NCBI GenBank assembly: GCA_930990555.1 | Contig: CAKNPW010000001.1 | Coordinates: forward strand, 35,007-99,006 | Reading direction: 5' to 3' | Length of the DNA stretch: 64,000 nt | Origin: an uncultured Clostridium sp. | Lineage (GTDB): Bacteria > Bacillota > Clostridia > TANB77 > CAG-508 | Shown here: positions 38,616-47,745 of the stretch, piece by piece | How the letters are laid out: the number at the start of each line of letters is the position of its first letter | Position numbering within the stretch: position 1 is the stretch's first letter | Notes under the pieces: model-generated | What the model was told of the DNA's origin: nothing | Databases searched by the model: none | What the model saw: only the letters and a program-made list of their open reading frames with translations | Position numbers and translations under genes: made by a program

Positions 38616-39305
38616 TTAAATAATTTCTGCTTTTTTAACACATGTTTCGGCTTTTTCCAAAACTTCTTTCATTTTATTATATGCTTCATGTTTTAATTTT
38701 TCTATTCTTTCTAGTTTGTTATCTACAGACAAATCTGGATAAATTGGTTCTAAAACAACATGAGTTATCAAAGGTTTTGACTTTATATATTTATATATGC
38801 CTTGTGGCTTACGAGTAAGTATTACACTTGGAATAACTGGTACATTACTTTCTACTGCCATTGCAAATGCACCTTTTTTAAACTCTAACAATTCTTGATC
38901 ATATAAACGTAATTCACCTTCTGGATATATATGAACAGTTTCACCTTCATTTAATAAATTTGCAATATTTTCATAAAATTTCTTTTTTTCTTCTACTTTT
39001 GTTGGTATTGGAATTCCTCTAAGTAATTTAACCAAAGCTCCAATCACAGGTATTTCGCAATTTGATTCTAATGTTATAAAATACGAATAATCTGGAAAAT
39101 TAATAATTCCATTCATTATACAATCCAAATAATGTATATGATTAGAAATTGTTATCTTTCCGCCGGGAACCTTTCTTATATTTTCTTTACCTATTACTTT
39201 ATAATTAAAGAATACTTTATCTACTATAATCACAATTGGTACTGCAACAATATAATAAAATATATTTGCAAAAAAGTTAAATATTTTATCTCTTAATATT
39301 TTCAC
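38616..39305 (-). CDS. plsC: 1-acyl-sn-glycerol-3-phosphate acyltransferase family protein
   Basis: HxxxxD motif (NHIHYLD) and PEGELR motif. Confidence 0.7.
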   Translation of the reverse strand: MKILRDKIFNFFANIFYYIVAVPIVIIVDKVFFNYKVIGKENIRKVPGGKITISNHIHYLDCIMNGIINFPDYSYFITLESNCEIPVIGALVKLLRGIPIPTKVEEKKKFYENIANLLNEGETVHIYPEGELRLYDQELLEFKKGAFAMAVESNVPVIPSVILTRKPQGIYKYIKSKPLITHVVLEPIYPDLSVDNKLERIEKLKHEAYNKMKEVLEKAETCVKKAEII

Positions 39306-39904
39306 TATTCCACTCCTTTATATAAATTATTTTTTTCAATATAAAAATAAACCTTTTTATTAAGCATTTTAGATAAAATTTCGCTATCTTTATTTTGAAT
39401 AGCTCTTCTTACCTCTGTTGAACTATAGTTATACAAGTTATTTGCGTTAAATTCAAATATTTTATTTTTATTTTTTTCTAATAATTTATTTTCAGCTATT
39501 ATATTATCTAGTTTTCTTCCTCTTTGGATAGCAATAATATTATTTTTTAAACATTTATCTGAATTTTTCCAACTTGGTAATTTTTCTAAATTATCTCCTC
39601 CTAGAATAAAATAGTTTTCGGATGAAGAAAACTTTTTATTTATTAATTCAAAAGCATCTACAGTCAATAACTTTTTTTTAGAATTTAATTCTATATCTAA
39701 AACATCTATTTTATCATTCTTTATACTTTTAAGCATATCAAATCTTTTCTTTTCATCTATTAAACCTGCTTTGTTATAATAATTACCAACTGGTACAAAA
39801 TATACTTTATCTAAATTAAATTTTTCTGATATATTCTCTGCTAATCTTTCGTGAGCTATAGTTGGAGGATTAAAGCTTCCTCCAAAAAAGCCATATTTTT
39901 TCAT
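39305..39904 (-). CDS. nadD: Nicotinate-nucleotide adenylyltransferase
   Basis: GGSFNPPTIAH (HxGH-type nucleotidyltransferase motif), 199 aa. Confidence 0.8.
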   Translation of the reverse strand: MKKYGFFGGSFNPPTIAHERLAENISEKFNLDKVYFVPVGNYYNKAGLIDEKKRFDMLKSIKNDKIDVLDIELNSKKKLLTVDAFELINKKFSSSENYFILGGDNLEKLPSWKNSDKCLKNNIIAIQRGRKLDNIIAENKLLEKNKNKIFEFNANNLYNYSSTEVRRAIQNKDSEILSKMLNKKVYFYIEKNNLYKGVE

Positions 39905-39936
39905 TTAATATTGCATCCTTTCATTTTTAATATCTA

Positions 39937-40746
39937 TTATCCTATAAATATTGTTAAGAATATTGCTAAAATTAAATATATAATTAATGTAAATTTATAT
40001 AAAACTATTATTGCTAAATATTCATTTATAAATGCTTCTGGAAAGTAATACCATAAAGTTTTAGAACCTTCACCTGTGGCTTTTATATGAAATTTTGAAG
40101 AATAAATTTTAGCTCTTAGTATATGAAAATTATTACTTACAAAAGCTATATTTTTATTTATTTTTAATTCTTTTAGTTTTTCATTAGAAAACTTAAAGTT
40201 CTCTAATGTATTTTTAGATTTATCTTCTTTTATAATGTTTTTTGGCGGTATATTATGAGTAATTAAATATTTTTCCATTGCCTCTGCTTCAGTTATTGTT
40301 TCTTGTCTTACCTTTCCACCAGATACAATTATTTTGGGTTTGATTTTCTGTTTATTATATAGGTTTATTGCTAAATTTAATCTTTTTGTTAATGCTTTTG
40401 TTAATTGATTTCCATATACCAAATATCCACCTAAAACAACAATAGCATTATAGTTTTTTCTTTTAATTTTAAAGTTAACTGCTATGCTTGATATACAGAA
40501 TATAATAAATGTTGTTGAAAAATATATTGATATATATCTTATAAAGCTCATTATTTTATTATCAAATATACGCGGAATTATAGTAATGATAAGAACCATA
40601 ACTCCTAATGCAAATATTAAATATTTCCTTTTGAATATTTTTCTTTTCCTTACTATATCTGTTAGCATGCCTGATATACCACTATATATTAATAAAATTC
40701 CTATTACCAAAAATATATTTAAAAATATATTTTCCATAAGCATCAC
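39937..40746 (-). CDS. DUF218 (YdcF/ElyC/SanA-like) membrane protein
   Basis: N-terminal TM helices, then IVVLGG...IIVSGG DUF218 core. Confidence 0.6.
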   Translation of the reverse strand: MMLMENIFLNIFLVIGILLIYSGISGMLTDIVRKRKIFKRKYLIFALGVMVLIITIIPRIFDNKIMSFIRYISIYFSTTFIIFCISSIAVNFKIKRKNYNAIVVLGGYLVYGNQLTKALTKRLNLAINLYNKQKIKPKIIVSGGKVRQETITEAEAMEKYLITHNIPPKNIIKEDKSKNTLENFKFSNEKLKELKINKNIAFVSNNFHILRAKIYSSKFHIKATGEGSKTLWYYFPEAFINEYLAIIVLYKFTLIIYLILAIFLTIFIG

Positions 40747-40752
40747 CTAATT

Positions 40753-43092
40753 CTATTCACTTGCTTTTTCTAAATCTTGGCTTAAATTATTAATTAAATA
40801 TTTAAGTCCTGTAACTACAATATATGCCAAAATTAGAGCTGATACTAATATAATTATTCCCTGCTCACTTATACCACTTAAATGTAATAAATTTTTAAAT
40901 AAAATTACTGCAAAGAAGAAACCAATTGCGGTAGTTGTACACAAGAATGTACTTATTCTATTAAATGGCCTACAAGCTTCTATTACTGCAAAAATACTTA
41001 CTCCACCAATAATTAAGTACATTAGTGTTTCTGCCTCTTCTATGCCTAAGCCTAAACCTTCTCTAGAGAATGTTAATAAAACAATACTAATAATTATTGT
41101 TAGTGCATATGGTAATGCATTTTTTATTACTGTTCTTAAGAAAGTTCCTTGTAATGGTTTTGAATTTTCTAAGAATGATAAGAAGAATGATGTATAACCT
41201 TCTATTACTAAATCTATTAATGTTATTTGTATTGGTATGAATGGAAATGCTGTATTTGTTACTATATTAAATAATGATAATAACATTGAATATATTGTTT
41301 TAATAAAGAATATTCTAGCAACATTTGTTATGTTGTTTACAACTCTTCTTCCTTCCATTAATACATCTTTAAGCACACTAAAATCTGAATTTAATAATAC
41401 AATTTGTGAAACTTGTCTTGCAACATCTGAAGCTTCTGGTAATGTTATACTACAATCAGCTTGTTTTAATGCAACTACATCATTAACTCCGTCTCCAGTC
41501 ATAGCTACTGAATGACCTTTTTCTTGAAGTGCTTTTACTATTAAACTTTTTTGATGTGGTAAAACCCTAGCAAAAACACTATATTTATCTACTAATTCTG
41601 GAATTTCATCATCTGAACTTATAGTTGATAGATCTATATATGAATCATAAGATTCTAATCCTGCTTTTCTTGCAATACTTGAAACTGTTAATGGATTATC
41701 TCCAGAAATTATTTTTATATCTACAGATTGTGTTTTAAAGAAACCTAACATTTCTTTTGCATTTTTTCTTAACGGATCATCTAATGTAATTGCTGCAACA
41801 ATCTCTAGTTTTGGTAAATTTTCATCACTTACAAGTTCTTTAGAATAACCCACAAATAACATTCTTTTTCCTGCTTTTTGTGCTGATACTATTTCTTCTG
41901 GCATTTCCATATCACTTTTTTCTATTAAACGTTCTGGTGCTCCTAGTACTATAGAGCCCACTTTATCGAAGCTTATTGAACTCCATTTTCTTTCTGAAGA
42001 AAATGCCATTCTATCTGCTACTTCGAATTTATCTTCTCCTTTGTAATAATCTTTAAGAGCCATAAATGTAGCATTGTTATCAGTCATTTCATTTACAAAT
42101 GCTGTCATCATAGTTTGCATATTATGTGGCATACATTTTTCGTTATATATTTTTACTTCATCGACTTTCATTTTACCTTCTGTAATTGTTCCTGTTTTGT
42201 CTAAACATAATGTATCTATATGTGCTAATGTTTCTACACTATATAAATCTTGAACTAATACTCTCTTTTTAGCAAGTTTTATTACACCTGTTGCTAATGA
42301 TATTGTTATAAGAAGCATAAGTCCTTTTGGAAGCATTCCTAACAATGCTGCTGCAGTAGAAACAACTGAATTTGTTATATCTACATTTCTAAAGAAGTAT
42401 GCTTGTACAAATAAAATGATTCCTACTGGAATTATTACAAAACTTGTAAAATTTGTAACTCTTTTCATTGAATTTACAAGTTCTGATTCCGCTCTCTTGT
42501 ATTTTTTAGTTTCACTTGTAATTTGTGCTGCAAAGTTATCTTTTCCTACTTTTTCTACTTTTGAATAACATTTTCCACTAACTACATAACTTCCTGATAG
42601 TAATTTATCCCCTTTTTGTTTTAATATTGTGTCTGATTCCCCTGTAAGTAAAGATTCGTTAACTTCAACTTCTCCATCAATTACTTCCGAATCTGCACAT
42701 ATTTGTTTTCCTGCTTCTAGAATTATTACATCATCTAATACAATTTCATCTATGTTAATTTCTTTTTCTCTTCCATTTCTTACAACTGTAGCTTTTGATA
42801 CTTTTAATACAGATAGTTTTTGTACTAAGTTTCTAGCATGAATTTCTTGTACGATTCCAATTATGATATTTACTATAATAATTAACATATACGCTAAGTT
42901 TGTATATGCCTTTACTGCTATTAATGCTATTGCTATTAATAGATTAAATAAGTTAAATAATGTACATACATTATCTCTAATTATCTCCCAATTGCTTCTG
43001 GTTTTATCGTCTTCTACTTTATTTATTTTTCCTTCTGCTATTCTTTCTTGTATTTGCTCTTCTGTTAAGCCTTTTAATTCTTCCTTGTCCAA
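40753..43092 (-). CDS. P-type cation-transporting ATPase (P2-type, Ca2+/Mg2+-like)
   Basis: DKTGTIT phosphorylation motif, TGES actuator motif, MTGDGVND hinge, about 10 TM segments. Confidence 0.8.
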   Translation of the reverse strand: MDKEELKGLTEEQIQERIAEGKINKVEDDKTRSNWEIIRDNVCTLFNLFNLLIAIALIAVKAYTNLAYMLIIIVNIIIGIVQEIHARNLVQKLSVLKVSKATVVRNGREKEINIDEIVLDDVIILEAGKQICADSEVIDGEVEVNESLLTGESDTILKQKGDKLLSGSYVVSGKCYSKVEKVGKDNFAAQITSETKKYKRAESELVNSMKRVTNFTSFVIIPVGIILFVQAYFFRNVDITNSVVSTAAALLGMLPKGLMLLITISLATGVIKLAKKRVLVQDLYSVETLAHIDTLCLDKTGTITEGKMKVDEVKIYNEKCMPHNMQTMMTAFVNEMTDNNATFMALKDYYKGEDKFEVADRMAFSSERKWSSISFDKVGSIVLGAPERLIEKSDMEMPEEIVSAQKAGKRMLFVGYSKELVSDENLPKLEIVAAITLDDPLRKNAKEMLGFFKTQSVDIKIISGDNPLTVSSIARKAGLESYDSYIDLSTISSDDEIPELVDKYSVFARVLPHQKSLIVKALQEKGHSVAMTGDGVNDVVALKQADCSITLPEASDVARQVSQIVLLNSDFSVLKDVLMEGRRVVNNITNVARIFFIKTIYSMLLSLFNIVTNTAFPFIPIQITLIDLVIEGYTSFFLSFLENSKPLQGTFLRTVIKNALPYALTIIISIVLLTFSREGLGLGIEEAETLMYLIIGGVSIFAVIEACRPFNRISTFLCTTTAIGFFFAVILFKNLLHLSGISEQGIIILVSALILAYIVVTGLKYLINNLSQDLEKASE

Positions 43093-43213
43093 AATTTACA
43101 CTCCTTTTCTTTCGAATTTTTCTGTATTTTATCACACACTTTAATATATTACTATATTATTTGATAAAAAACAAATAGTTTAATAAAAAAGAATTTTTTT
43201 TATTTAATTTGTC

Positions 43214-43249
43214 AAAAAAATAGACACTTTTTTGTGTCTATTTTTTGTT
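43214..43249. terminator. Hairpin terminator on the leader-distal side of the CRISPR array
   Basis: AAATAGACAC-TTTTTT-GTGTCTATTT. Confidence 0.55.
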
Positions 43250-43258
43250 GATAATTTA

Positions 43259-43566
43259 CTTTTTATTCTCTAGCGAGTAATGTAAAACAAAGCTAACAAC
43301 AGCAACAATGTAGTCACAGACGTAGAAGAGTTTCAAACCTCTAATGAGTAATGTAAAACATTTTAAGTCTACTTCTAATAGTGGCATTTAACAAGTTTCA
43401 AACCTCTAACGAGTAATGTAAAACAAATGAAGGTAAAGAAGTACAACAAGGAAATGACGAAGAAACGTTTCAAACCTCTATTGAGTAATGTAAAACAAAT
43501 AGCTTTATTTGTCGGAAAATTTGCAGACTTTAAAGGGGTTCAAGCCTCTAATGAGTAATGTAAAAC
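43259..43566 (-). CRISPR. Orphan CRISPR array: 5 repeats of 30 nt (consensus GTTTCAAACCTCTAATGAGTAATGTAAAAC on the plus strand) and 4 spacers of 41, 35, 42 and 40 nt
   Basis: Repeats at 43259-43288 (degenerate, 23/30), 43330-43359, 43395-43424, 43467-43496 and 43537-43566 (2 mismatches). The rc repeat GTTTTACATTACTCATTAGAGGTTTGAAAC has the classic GTTTT...GAAAC ends. An AT-rich candidate leader lies at 43567-43800. No cas genes in the window. Confidence 0.75.
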
Positions 43567-43816
43567 TATATAAATATATACAATATATAGCATTAAAAAT
43601 AAAAAAAATCAATAAAAAAGTAAAAAAAGATGAAAAAAGTACGTCGACGTCAAAAAGTCAAATCGCTGAAACATGCTATAAATAAAGATTTTTTAAATAT
43701 TTAAAAATAACGTAGATATCGACGTGCTTTTTTATTAAATTATTACTTTTTTACATTCAAAAACGCTATCAAAAAATATTCTTTGATAGCGTATCTATAT
43801 AAAATAAAAGGGGAAT

Positions 43817-44374
43817 TTAACGTATTTCACTTGCTAGTACTGACATTTCATAATCTAGCTTTCTCATTACTTTTGCGGCTTTCAATAACTTTTTAGAAGT
43901 CGCTTTGGTAACATTATTATTTTTATATTTCAACTCATGTTCTAAACTAGCCCAAAAGTCCATAGCCATTGTTCTTATCTGGATTTCAGCTTTTACATAT
44001 ACCTTACCCATATCAGTCTCTACAGGTACTTCTACAATTAAATGTAAACTTGAATATCCACTTTTTTTAGGGGATTGAATATAATCTTTTTCGTTCAATA
44101 TTCGTATTTTGGGATTTTCCATTAATAATTCTCTTACTATATAAACATTTTCCTGAAAAGGGCAAATAATTCTAATTCCTGCAATATCATTTACCTTTTC
44201 TATAAGTTCATTATAGTTTAAATCATATTTTTTCTTCTTCATTTTATTTATAATACTTTTGGGACTTTTTATTCTGTATTTAACATGATCTATAAGATTT
44301 ACTTCCTTGTACTTCACCTCCATATCTTCTATAATTTTTTTGATTTCTTCTATGCTAAGTGAGTATATTGACAT
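43817..44374 (-). CDS. Small alarmone synthetase (RelQ/RelP-type GTP pyrophosphokinase)
   Basis: RelA/SpoT synthetase-domain motifs DIAGIRIICPF, YSSLHLIV, EIQIRTMAMDFWA; 185 aa. Confidence 0.75.
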   Translation of the reverse strand: MSIYSLSIEEIKKIIEDMEVKYKEVNLIDHVKYRIKSPKSIINKMKKKKYDLNYNELIEKVNDIAGIRIICPFQENVYIVRELLMENPKIRILNEKDYIQSPKKSGYSSLHLIVEVPVETDMGKVYVKAEIQIRTMAMDFWASLEHELKYKNNNVTKATSKKLLKAAKVMRKLDYEMSVLASEIR

Positions 44375-44562
44375 TAATTTTTCATAAATGTCACTCTTTA
44401 CTGTTAATTTTTCATTTTGTAATACTTCCTTTTTTGAATTGATAATATTATTTTCTAATTTATCGTCACTCCTTTCTTTCTTAGTATGTGTATATTCTAC
44501 CTATAAATTATTTCCAAATTATTCCCGAATTGTGTTTTATTTGTAAATTAATTTAACATAGA

Positions 44563-44590
44563 AAAAAGCCTTAAATATTAAGGCTTTCTT
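44563..44590 (-). terminator. Intrinsic terminator downstream of 44654-45196
   Basis: AAAGCCTTA-AATA-TTAAGGCTTT. Confidence 0.55.
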
Positions 44591-44653
44591 GAATTTATTA
44601 AAACAATTTTAACGCAAAACTTATAAATTTTTGTTTAAAATAACTTTATTTAA

Positions 44654-45196
44654 TTAAAAATTTTTTAACTTTCTTATAAAAATAAGACTTTCTATTATAT
44701 CTATTATTGCATATGCAATCATTAATGAACCAATTAATGTTATAATTGCTCCGCTATTTAGTATAATATATATACCAAATATAATCATTAAAATTGCAAG
44801 CACTAAACAGAATATCCATATAGATGAATTAAATTTTTTTAAATTAAAAGATAAATATAATCGTGTAATACCACTATATATAATCCATGCTCCAACTATT
44901 ATTCTTAATATTGCACCTATTGCATCTGTATAAATAATAGCAATTATTCCTGCAATACTTGCAATTAATCCACATAGCAAATCAAAATTAAAGTGTTCTC
45001 CTCTACCTCTTCCTTTAACGTAATTTACTAGTCTAGCAACACCTATTAATAGAAATAACAATCCTATTAAACAAGAAATTACTTTTACTGCTCCTTCGTG
45101 AAAAACACATAATATTACTCCAAATAGTCCAAAAATTATTGATACCAATATATTAGACATACCAGATTTTTTTAACAAATCTTTTATTTGGTCCAT
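44654..45196 (-). CDS. DUF308/HdeD-like membrane protein
   Basis: 180 aa. Repeated GxxxxxG-containing TM helices. Downstream of the Asp23-family gene, as in amaP/asp23 operons. Confidence 0.5.
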   Translation of the reverse strand: MDQIKDLLKKSGMSNILVSIIFGLFGVILCVFHEGAVKVISCLIGLLFLLIGVARLVNYVKGRGRGEHFNFDLLCGLIASIAGIIAIIYTDAIGAILRIIVGAWIIYSGITRLYLSFNLKKFNSSIWIFCLVLAILMIIFGIYIILNSGAIITLIGSLMIAYAIIDIIESLIFIRKLKNF

Positions 45197-45200
45197 AATA

Positions 45201-45584
45201 TTATTCCTCCATATTATCTATTTTTTCATCTCCATCATCATCTACTTTTACACCTTGTACATTTACAACAACTTTTTCTACTTTATTTCCTGTCATATTT
45301 TCTACTTCTTCTTTAACCTTAGCTTGAATATTTTTTGCAACTTCTCTTATGTTTACTCCATATCTTACAATAATGTTTATTTCTATTTTTACATTATCTC
45401 CATCTGCTTCTACCTTTATACCTCTTGACATTTGTTTTTTGCCACTTATTGCTTTTAAGCCTTCTGTAAAACCTCCAGCCATTTTTGCAACACCATCAAT
45501 TTTAGAAACAGCCATACCAGCTATTGTTGCAACAACCTCATTTGCTACATTAATTTCTTGTTCTAAATTTTTTTCTTCGTCCAT
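45201..45584 (-). CDS. Asp23/Gls24 family envelope stress protein
   Basis: 127 aa, EVVATIAGMAVSKIDGV core of the Asp23 family. Confidence 0.75.
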   Translation of the reverse strand: MDEEKNLEQEINVANEVVATIAGMAVSKIDGVAKMAGGFTEGLKAISGKKQMSRGIKVEADGDNVKIEINIIVRYGVNIREVAKNIQAKVKEEVENMTGNKVEKVVVNVQGVKVDDDGDEKIDNMEE

Positions 45585-45793
45585 AAGAATTACCTCCTAT
45601 ATAAATATTATTTTCATATAAATTATTTCCATTATGTCTATTTATATAATAACTTAATTAAATTTATTTGTCAATCTGACCAAAATAGCATTTTTCTGCA
45701 TATATATATTTACATAAAAATACACCTTTTAAATGTTAATATTTTCTAACATTTGAAGGTGTATTTAAATTTACTTTTATTTTCTATTTCTAA

Positions 45794-45850
45794 ATAAGGA
45801 TTTCAAGGAACGTCCCCAAATCCCTAAGGAATGTCCACATATCCTTAAAT
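45794..45850. repeat. Family-A repeat, copy A8 (double unit, abuts the ABC gene stop)
   Basis: taaggatttcaaggaacgtccccaaatccctaaggaatgtccacatatccttaaat. Confidence 0.65.
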
Positions 45851-45852
45851 TC

Positions 45853-47745
45853 TTATTCTATTTCAATTGCTCCTGTGTATAGTCCATAGTACATTCCTTT
45901 TTTAGCTAATAATTCGTCGTGATTTCCTCTTTCTATAATGTTTCCATGGTCTAATACCATTATTAAGTCAGAGTTTTTAATTGTAGATAGTCTATGTGCT
46001 ATAACAAAAACTGTTCTTCCTTTCATAAGTTTATCCATACCATCTTGAACAATCTTTTCTGTTCTTGTATCTATACTTGATGTTGCTTCATCTAGTATTA
46101 ATACTGGTGGATTGTATAATGCTGCTCTTGCTATTGCTAAAAGCTGTCTTTGTCCTTGTGATAATCCTTCTCCATCACCAGAAATCATTGTATCATATGC
46201 ATGTGGTAAATGTCTTATAAATCTATCTGCATTTGCTAATTTTGCTGCTGCAACTACTTCTTCGTCTGTTGCATCCATTTTACCATATTTAATGTTATCC
46301 TTAATTGTTCCTGTAAATAGATGTGTGTCTTGTAAAACCATTCCTAAAGATCTTCTTAAATCGTCTTTTTTCATTTTTTGAATATTAATTCCATCATATC
46401 TAATTTTACCTTCTTGTATATCATAAAAACGATTTATTAAGTTAGTTATTGTTGTTTTTCCTGCTCCTGTAGGTCCTACAAAAGAAACCTTCTGTCCTTC
46501 TTTTGCTTCTAGACTTATATCATGTAAAATTACTTTGTTAGGTACATATCCAAATGTAACATCCTCAAATTCTACATTACCACATAATTTTGTATATGTA
46601 ACTGTTCCATCTCCATGTGGATGTTTCCAAGCCCAAAGTCCTGTTCTTTCTTTTGACTCTACTAATTTGCCATCTTCTTCTTTGGCATTTACTAATGTTA
46701 CATAACCATTATCTTCTTCTGCTGGTTCATCAATTAATTTAAAGATTCTTTCAGCACCAGCTAAAGCCATTGTAACAAAGTTTAATTGTTGTGAAACTTG
46801 AGCAAGTGGGTTTGTAAATGCTTTTATATATTGTAAGAATGCTGCAATACTACCTATTGTTAATAGCCCATTAACAGCAAATATTCCTCCTACAACTGCA
46901 ACTAATACATAACCTAAGTTTCCTATATTCATAATACAAGGCATCAATGTATTTGCATAAGTATTAGCCTTTGTACTACTTTCAAATAAAGCTTCATTTA
47001 ATTTGTCAAATTTTTCTTTAGATCTATCTTCATAACAGAATACTTTAACAACTTTTTGACCATTCATCATTTCTTCTATATATCCGTCAACTTTACCAAT
47101 GTTTTCTTGTTGTCCTATAAAATACTTTGAACTATTTTTAGCAAAAAATCTTGAAACTATAGTCATAATAACTACCATTACTAATACAATTCCAGTTAAA
47201 TATAAATTTGTTGTAACCATTCCTATAAATACTGAAACCATAGAAACTATGGCAGAAAATACTTGTGGAATACTTTGACTTAATGCTTGCCTTAATGTAT
47301 CAACATCGTTTGTATAAGTACTCATTGTTTCACCATGACTATGGCTATCAAAATATCCTATTGGTAATTTTTGCATATGTTCGAACATTTCTTTTCTAAT
47401 TTTTCTTAAAGTCCCGTGTGTTATGTTAATCATTAATCTATTATATACATATGTACCAATAATACCAATAATGTAAATTAATCCCATCATTAATATTGCT
47501 TGTAATAATGATGCATAGTTTGGATTTTGATTTCCAATTAATGGTGTAATATATTCATCTATTAATGTTTGGATAAATTGTATTCCCACAACACTAGCTG
47601 CTGCGCTTATTATAATACTAATTAATACAACTACAAATTGACCTTTATAGTCGCTTAATGCATATTTTATTAATCTCATTAATGTATGTGCTCTTTTAGT
47701 CTTGTTTTTCATCGTCAGTATCATCTCCTCCCATTTGAGATTCAT
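45853..47745 (-). CDS. ABC transporter, fused permease/ATP-binding subunit (likely true start ATG at 47712)
   Basis: GPTGAGKTT Walker A, LSQGQRQ signature, ILILDEATSSID Walker B, six TM helices. The ORF-track start is probably an upstream extension overlapping the partner gene. Confidence 0.8.
   Translation of the reverse strand: MNLKWEEMILTMKNKTKRAHTLMRLIKYALSDYKGQFVVVLISIIISAAASVVGIQFIQTLIDEYITPLIGNQNPNYASLLQAILMMGLIYIIGIIGTYVYNRLMINITHGTLRKIRKEMFEHMQKLPIGYFDSHSHGETMSTYTNDVDTLRQALSQSIPQVFSAIVSMVSVFIGMVTTNLYLTGIVLVMVVIMTIVSRFFAKNSSKYFIGQQENIGKVDGYIEEMMNGQKVVKVFCYEDRSKEKFDKLNEALFESSTKANTYANTLMPCIMNIGNLGYVLVAVVGGIFAVNGLLTIGSIAAFLQYIKAFTNPLAQVSQQLNFVTMALAGAERIFKLIDEPAEEDNGYVTLVNAKEEDGKLVESKERTGLWAWKHPHGDGTVTYTKLCGNVEFEDVTFGYVPNKVILHDISLEAKEGQKVSFVGPTGAGKTTITNLINRFYDIQEGKIRYDGINIQKMKKDDLRRSLGMVLQDTHLFTGTIKDNIKYGKMDATDEEVVAAAKLANADRFIRHLPHAYDTMISGDGEGLSQGQRQLLAIARAALYNPPVLILDEATSSIDTRTEKIVQDGMDKLMKGRTVFVIAHRLSTIKNSDLIMVLDHGNIIERGNHDELLAKKGMYYGLYTGAIEIE

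Noticed and set aside
43630-43704. 24-codon ORF (MKKVRRRQKVKSLKHAINKDFLNI) in the CRISPR leader region
   Set aside because: No Shine-Dalgarno sequence. It lies within the AT-rich leader and is most likely a chance ORF. The GC palindromes there are noted under the CRISPR finding instead.
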